Origin: an uncultured virus (IMG/VR IMGVR_UViG_3300011240_000038)
Taxonomy: Duplodnaviria > Heunggongvirae > Uroviricota > Caudoviricetes
Direction: 5' to 3' (one strand)
DNA: 20,000 nucleotides
Virus record (IMG/VR): IMGVR_UViG_3300011240_000038
The position numbers and the translations under genes are program-made. The notes below the pieces were generated by a model. The model saw only the letters and a list, made by a program, of their open reading frames with translations, was not told the DNA's origin and did not search any database. This document shows, piece by piece, positions 16,195 through 20,000 of this stretch (positions are counted from its first letter, which is position 1; every line of letters starts with the position of its first letter).

Positions 16195-16500
16195 ATGTTG
16201 TATATGGATTTGGATATTGAAAAAAAAAATAATGGATTTTATACAGAAGATATACATGGGATAGAAAAATGTGAAACTATACTAGCACAAGAGGGACTAT
16301 TAGTAGATGAAGAACTATGGCAGCATCTGTTAGTTGTAGAAGAATGTAAATTTATCGGTACAGTAGAACAAAGAGAATATACTATTTTAGATAAAGATTT
16401 ATTTGAGAAAATAATACAACCAGTAGATACTAAACCTCAACAACCTTTACTAGAAGAAAGGCTTGCTGCTCTTGAAACGTTAATGATGGGAGTGATATAG
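16195..16500 (+). CDS. Putative tail fibre assembly chaperone
   Basis: Acidic 101-aa protein right after the fibre; GFYTEDIHG and EERLAALE motifs; SD GGGGAGG. Confidence 0.6.
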   Translation: MLYMDLDIEKKNNGFYTEDIHGIEKCETILAQEGLLVDEELWQHLLVVEECKFIGTVEQREYTILDKDLFEKIIQPVDTKPQQPLLEERLAALETLMMGVI

Positions 16501-16647
16501 ATGAATCCTTTTTATAACTTTTTAAAAAATATGTGGATTATGAGAAAAGCTGATGAAGAGTATCTTCAAGCTAGAGTTGGTAAGAATCAAATAACCCAGG
16601 AAGAGTATAATGAAATAGTAGCAATGAAACAAGTTCAGGAGCAATAG
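16501..16647 (+). CDS. XkdX-family small phage protein (48 aa, not in ORF track)
   Basis: MNPFYNFLKNMWIMRKADEEYLQARVGKNQITQEEYNEIVAMKQVQEQ* with ITxEEYxEI signature; SD GGGAGTG. Confidence 0.75.
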   Translation: MNPFYNFLKNMWIMRKADEEYLQARVGKNQITQEEYNEIVAMKQVQEQ

Positions 16648-16673
16648 AAGTATATTGTGAAATGATTTAATAG

Positions 16674-16705
16674 AAAAGAGATTAGATTTAATTCTAGTCT
16701 CTTTT
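16674..16705. terminator. Terminator after tail genes
   Basis: AAAAGAGATTAGA/TCTAGTCTCTTTT stem with one G-U pair. Confidence 0.7.
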
Positions 16706-16752
16706 GCTTATAACAAAGTATATAAGTATAGTTAAAAGATAGATATATAAGT

Positions 16753-17086
16753 GAAAATTATATAAAGATTATATTAGTAGGCATAGGAATTGGAATAACA
16801 TGGCTATTAGGAACATTAAATATTGTAATAATTCTAATAGATAAGGAATATGAGTATATCTTACAAAAAGGTATTAGGTGATGTTGTATTTAAAGGTGTT
16901 GTTAGAAAATCTGTTATATTTATAGTTAAAGTATTATTGGATGGACTTTTGAATGCTAGTACAAGGATATCTAGAGCTCTTGTATGCTATTTTTATTTAG
17001 ATAATTAAAGTATTTAATTATTAGAGAATTGCGAGGGGAGGTTACTTATATCACACAAAATAAAAGATGTAGTAGTAAAATATTTA
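16753..17086 (+). pseudogene. Decayed phage holin (Phage_holin_4_1-like)
   Basis: Frame 1 NYIKIILVGIGIGITWLLGT; frame 2 FKGVVRKSVIFIV..LLDGLLN....RALVCYFYLDN*SI*LLENC; stops at 17006-17008 and 17015-17017, frameshift near 16840-16870. Confidence 0.7.
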
Positions 17087-17202
17087 AGTATGAATATATC
17101 AGTAATAACGCAGGGCGTGTATAAATTAATTATAGGTATAGGGTTTGTATATAGATAATAGAAATAAGCATAAGAATAAGTTTAAAATTAGGAAGGTGAA
17201 AT

Positions 17203-17436
17203 ATGAATGATGAATTAATAAAGCATAAGTTAGAAATACATGAGAAAAGAATTAATAATCATAGCGAGCGTATTGATGAACTTGAAAGAGGAAGAGCTGC
17301 TACAGATGTTAAGATGGATAACCTCTGCGAAAAGCTTGAGGCACAGACAAAGAGTATAAATTGGTTAATAGGACTTATGGCTACAAGTTTGCTAGGGTTC
17401 TTTTTTCATGCAATTCAAACTAATTTATTTAAATAG
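17203..17436 (+). CDS. XhlA-family holin-associated protein
   Basis: HEKRINNHSERIDELE coiled coil plus single C-terminal TM helix; SD GGAAGGTG; lysis cassette position. Confidence 0.8.
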   Translation: MNDELIKHKLEIHEKRINNHSERIDELERGRAATDVKMDNLCEKLEAQTKSINWLIGLMATSLLGFFFHAIQTNLFK

Positions 17437-17451
17437 GAAGGAGAGATAATT

Positions 17452-17697
17452 ATGAATATTATTAATTACATTACAGAAAATGCTTTAATTTTAATACCAG
17501 TACTTTATATTATAGGTATGATTTTAAAAGGAATTGAAAGAATAAAAGATAAATATATACCATTAATACTATTACCTATAGGTATAGGTCTAGCTATGGC
17601 ACTTATGGGCATTAATATAAATGCTATAATTCAAGGTGTTCTAGTAGTAGGTGTTAGTGTTTATACAAATCAACTTATAAAACAAATTAATAAGTAG
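17452..17697 (+). CDS. Phage holin (81 aa, ~3 TM)
   Basis: LILIPVLYIIGMILK...KDKYIPLILL...AIIQGVLV...NQLIKQ; precedes the endolysin. Confidence 0.85.
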   Translation: MNIINYITENALILIPVLYIIGMILKGIERIKDKYIPLILLPIGIGLAMALMGININAIIQGVLVVGVSVYTNQLIKQINK

Positions 17698-17702
17698 TTT
17701 AC

Positions 17703-17727
17703 AGAGTGGGAGAAATCTCACTCTTTT
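17703..17727 (+). terminator. Hairpin between holin and endolysin
   Basis: AGAGTGGGA-GAAA-TCTCACTCT followed by short T-tract. Confidence 0.55.
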
Positions 17728-17748
17728 ATATTTAAGGAGGAATTGATT

Positions 17749-18657
17749 ATGAAATTAAGAGGTATAGACGTATCACATCACCAAGGGACTATTGATTGGG
17801 ATAGGGTTAAAAGTCAGATAGATTATGCAATCTTGAGTGTAGGATATGGTGATAACATAACAAGCCAGGATGACAAGCAATTCCATAGAAATGCTAAAGA
17901 ATGTACTAGACTTGGGATACCCTTTGGAGTTTATATTTATTCTTATGCAATCTCAATATCACAAGCCAAAAGTGAAGCGGATCATATCCTAAGATTAATA
18001 AAAGGATATGAACTAAAATATCCAGTTTATTATGATTTAGAAGATGCAGGGACTACAGGAAAGTGCTCTAATAAACTTATAGCAGATATGGCGGAGGTAT
18101 TTTGCAATGCTATAGAAAAGACTGGTTATTGGGCAGGTATTTATGCTAATACATCCTGGTTTAATAATAAGCTAACAGATAACAGGTTTAATAAATGGGT
18201 TAAGTGGGTGGCTCAATATAATACGACTTGTACCTATAAAGGTAAACATGATATGTGGCAATATGTTAGTGATGGAAGAGTAAATGGCATTAGTGGTAAT
18301 GTAGATATGAACTATTGCTATGTTGATTATCCTGGACTAATTAATTCTAAAGATAACATAGATAAACCAGAAAAACCAAAACTTAATACAGATAGTAAAG
18401 AGGAAAATAAAATGGATTATATTATACAATATTCAAATGCAACAGACCAGGCAATAGCTGAGGTAATAGCTGATAGGATTAACTGTCCAACAATAAACTG
18501 TTTAAGACCATATGCACATTATGGACAATATAAAACAGTTATTGCAGTAGGAGAGGCTAAGAATAAGAGTGGTTATACAAATGTACTTATCCAGGGTAAG
18601 AATAGAGAGGAAACATTAGATAAGGCTATAGATTATTGTAAGAAGTTAGGTAAATAA
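17749..18657 (+). CDS. Endolysin: GH25 muramidase plus C-terminal cell-wall-binding domain
   Basis: GIDVSHHQGTIDW, GVYIYSYA, YPVYYDLE, WVAQY, MWQY, GNVDMN; ATG17749 after SD AAGGAGGA; C-terminal DQAIAEVIADRINCPTIN resembles the CTP1L/CD27L-type domain. Confidence 0.9.
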   Translation: MKLRGIDVSHHQGTIDWDRVKSQIDYAILSVGYGDNITSQDDKQFHRNAKECTRLGIPFGVYIYSYAISISQAKSEADHILRLIKGYELKYPVYYDLEDAGTTGKCSNKLIADMAEVFCNAIEKTGYWAGIYANTSWFNNKLTDNRFNKWVKWVAQYNTTCTYKGKHDMWQYVSDGRVNGISGNVDMNYCYVDYPGLINSKDNIDKPEKPKLNTDSKEENKMDYIIQYSNATDQAIAEVIADRINCPTINCLRPYAHYGQYKTVIAVGEAKNKSGYTNVLIQGKNREETLDKAIDYCKKLGK

Positions 18658-18661
18658 TATT

Positions 18662-18697
18662 TAAGGCTAGTAGGGAGTAAAATATTTATTAGTCTTA
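18662..18697 (+). terminator. Probable terminator after endolysin
   Basis: TAAGGCTAGTAGG/TTTATTAGTCTTA imperfect stem with several G-U pairs. Confidence 0.5.
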
Positions 18698-18711
18698 TTA
18701 TAAACACATAA

Positions 18712-18740
18712 TTGAAAAGGGAACAAATGTTTGATAAAAT
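18712..18740 (+). promoter_or_regulatory. SigA promoter with LexA (Cheo) box
   Basis: TTGAAA (18712-18717)-N17-TAAAAT (18735-18740) with TG extension; GAACAAATGTTT (18721-18732) matches GAAC-N4-GTTY in the spacer. Confidence 0.75.
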
Positions 18741-18761
18741 GTATTTATAGGGGGTTATAAA

Positions 18762-18980
18762 ATGTTGACTAAAAAGCAAAGGATAGTTCTTAATGCCATA
18801 AATGAATATGTACAGAGGGAGAGTATTTCACCAACAGTTAGAGAGTTATGTGATATTGTAGGTATAACATCTACATCTACAGTTCATGCACATTTAAATA
18901 AGCTTGAAGAAAAGGGATATATAACAAGAAAAAGAGAATCTCCAAGGAGTATAAGAGTAGTAAAAGAATACAACATATAG
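18762..18980 (+). CDS. LexA N-terminal DNA-binding-domain-only protein
   Basis: MLTKKQ...SPTVRELCDIVGITSTSTVHAHLNKLEEKGYITR...PRSIRV; lacks the Ala-Gly cleavage site and S24 peptidase domain. Confidence 0.85.
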   Translation: MLTKKQRIVLNAINEYVQRESISPTVRELCDIVGITSTSTVHAHLNKLEEKGYITRKRESPRSIRVVKEYNI

Positions 18981-19010
18981 ACTTTTAATAGGATTGTATT
19001 TTATACGAGT

Positions 19011-19046
19011 AAAGATTAGGTTAATTATACTGAGACCTAGTCTTTT
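19011..19046 (+). terminator. Probable terminator
   Basis: AAAGATTAGGT/ACCTAGTCTTT stem. Confidence 0.55.
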
Positions 19047-19264
19047 AAATATGAAATATAGATGTTAAGTTTATATGTGGTTTTTAAAAGAAACTACATT
19101 AGATATTTATAAGTAGTACAAAGAAATGACTAAATGAATGTTAACTGACTTTATAATTTATATAGGAAACTATTTAACTATTTAAATAGTTGTTTTATTC
19201 ATGCAGGTTTGAAGGAATTCAGATTATAGGTGATGTGAGTAAAGGGGGTATATAAAGGTGCAAT

Positions 19265-19293
19265 TTGAAAGATTTTAACAAATATGATATAAT
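19265..19293 (+). promoter_or_regulatory. Strong SigA promoter immediately before ATG19302
   Basis: TTGAAA (19265-19270)-N17-TATAAT (19288-19293) with TG extension. Confidence 0.7.
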
Positions 19294-19301
19294 GGTAAAG
19301 A

Positions 19302-19697
19302 ATGAAATATATAAGAAAGGTTAAAGCGGTAAGAACAGCAAATAATTTTAATAGATACACGGAATTAATAGGGAAATTAAACAATTTAGAAGTAAGAATA
19401 TGGTATAATAAACGTGATAAAAACATTATTAATGAAATAGATAAATCATTATCAATAAAAGAACAAGCAAAGCAAGCTCACTTTTTAAGAAATAAGTATA
19501 GAGCACAAGCTAGAAAGCTAATGGCAGATAGAATGTTGGCAGAAAAATTAAGTATTAATAATACTAATCTACCTTTTGAGTATTATGAAAATAAATATTT
19601 AAATCAAGGATATAATGACAATGAACTCTATGAAAAGATAATAGCAGCATCTACAAGGACAAATAAAATGGTAAACGTAGCATTAGGAATTGGTTAG
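19302..19697 (+). CDS. Stand-alone polymorphic-toxin-like C-terminal domain (putative RNase)
   Basis: LNNLEVRIWY...IDKSLSIKEQAKQAHFLRNKYRAQARKLMADR...YEKIIAASTRTNKMVNVALG resembles, from recall, toxin tips of MuF/Rhs/CdiA proteins. Confidence 0.55.
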   Translation: MKYIRKVKAVRTANNFNRYTELIGKLNNLEVRIWYNKRDKNIINEIDKSLSIKEQAKQAHFLRNKYRAQARKLMADRMLAEKLSINNTNLPFEYYENKYLNQGYNDNELYEKIIAASTRTNKMVNVALGIG

Positions 19698-19805
19698 TGA
19701 TTCTAAAAGTGCTACTATCATATTTTCAAGATAAATTTTTAAATTAGCTAAATTAAAAATGTTTTAATTATAAAATATATTTATATAATTTACCAAAAGT
19801 GAAAT

Positions 19806-19850
19806 TAAGGGCAGTAGACTGAAGAAAGTCTTACTAGCCTTATTTTTATT
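19806..19850 (+). terminator. Probable terminator
   Basis: TAAGGGCAGTAGACT...AGTCTTACTAGCCTTA imperfect stem followed by TTTTTATTT. Confidence 0.55.
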
Positions 19851-19974
19851 TCATTTAAATTGAGTATAAAATTGTTTATGGAAATAATAGAAAATTTAGA
19901 AAAAAATGTTGACCAAGCGGTGGGAGTTAGGTACCATAATATTGTAATAATAATTTTAAATGGAGGGTTACAAA

Positions 19975-20000
19975 ATGGAGCAACAATATTTATATACTGA
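19975..20000 (+). CDS. 5' end of the next gene (MEQQYLYT...), truncated by the window
   Basis: SD GGAGGG at 19962-19967; candidate promoter TTGACC (19909-19914)-N17-TACCAT (19932-19937). Confidence 0.55.

Larger units (their letters stand above)
6605..18657. mobile_element. Headless phage-tail locus (candidate F-type tailocin / domesticated prophage)
   Basis: Regulatory, tail and lysis modules intact; no integrase, replication, terminase, portal, capsid or sheath genes between 6507 and 18660. Confidence 0.8.

Noticed and set aside
8773..16647. R-type (contractile) tailocin, diffocin or PBSX-like element
   Set aside because: No sheath, baseplate J/wedge or LysM genes; the Dit, Gp15 and tube genes are siphovirus-type.
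6605..18657. Complete inducible prophage
   Set aside because: No integrase, replication, terminase, portal or capsid genes, and no room for them between the switch and the tail operon.
19199..19426. 75-aa hydrophobic minus-strand ORF as an immunity protein
   Set aside because: Overlaps the toxin-like gene and its promoter antisense, has no clear SD, and the hydrophobicity is expected from the T-rich antisense strand.

Overview
Very AT-rich Firmicute DNA; the gene content points to Clostridium. Three parts are visible. (1) 1-~5483: the right end of an integrated mobile element, probably a prophage. It encodes a lipoprotein, an XRE HTH protein, a ParM/ParR-like partition pair, a candidate structured sRNA, a 24-aa hydrophobic peptide, two small membrane proteins (one VirB2/TrbC-pilin-like) and a 776-aa VirB4/VirD4/HerA-type ATPase. 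Several of its promoters resemble sporulation sigma-factor consensus. The element ends at an att-like junction (~5482) inside a GidA-like FAD-dependent oxidoreductase gene, of which only the 3' part (5482-6507) is present. (2) 6605-~18660: a headless siphophage tail locus with ImmA-like protease, ImmR-like repressor, six palindromic operators, ArpU/RinA-like activator, a non-contractile tail operon, receptor-binding protein, holins and a GH25 endolysin. It has no integrase, replication, terminase, portal or capsid genes. The layout parallels the Listeria monocin locus and is best explained as a domesticated F-type tailocin. (3) 18700-20000: an SOS-boxed LexA DNA-binding-domain-only gene, a probably leaderless orphan polymorphic-toxin-like domain, and the start of the next gene. 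All protein family calls come from motif recognition by eye, not database searches.
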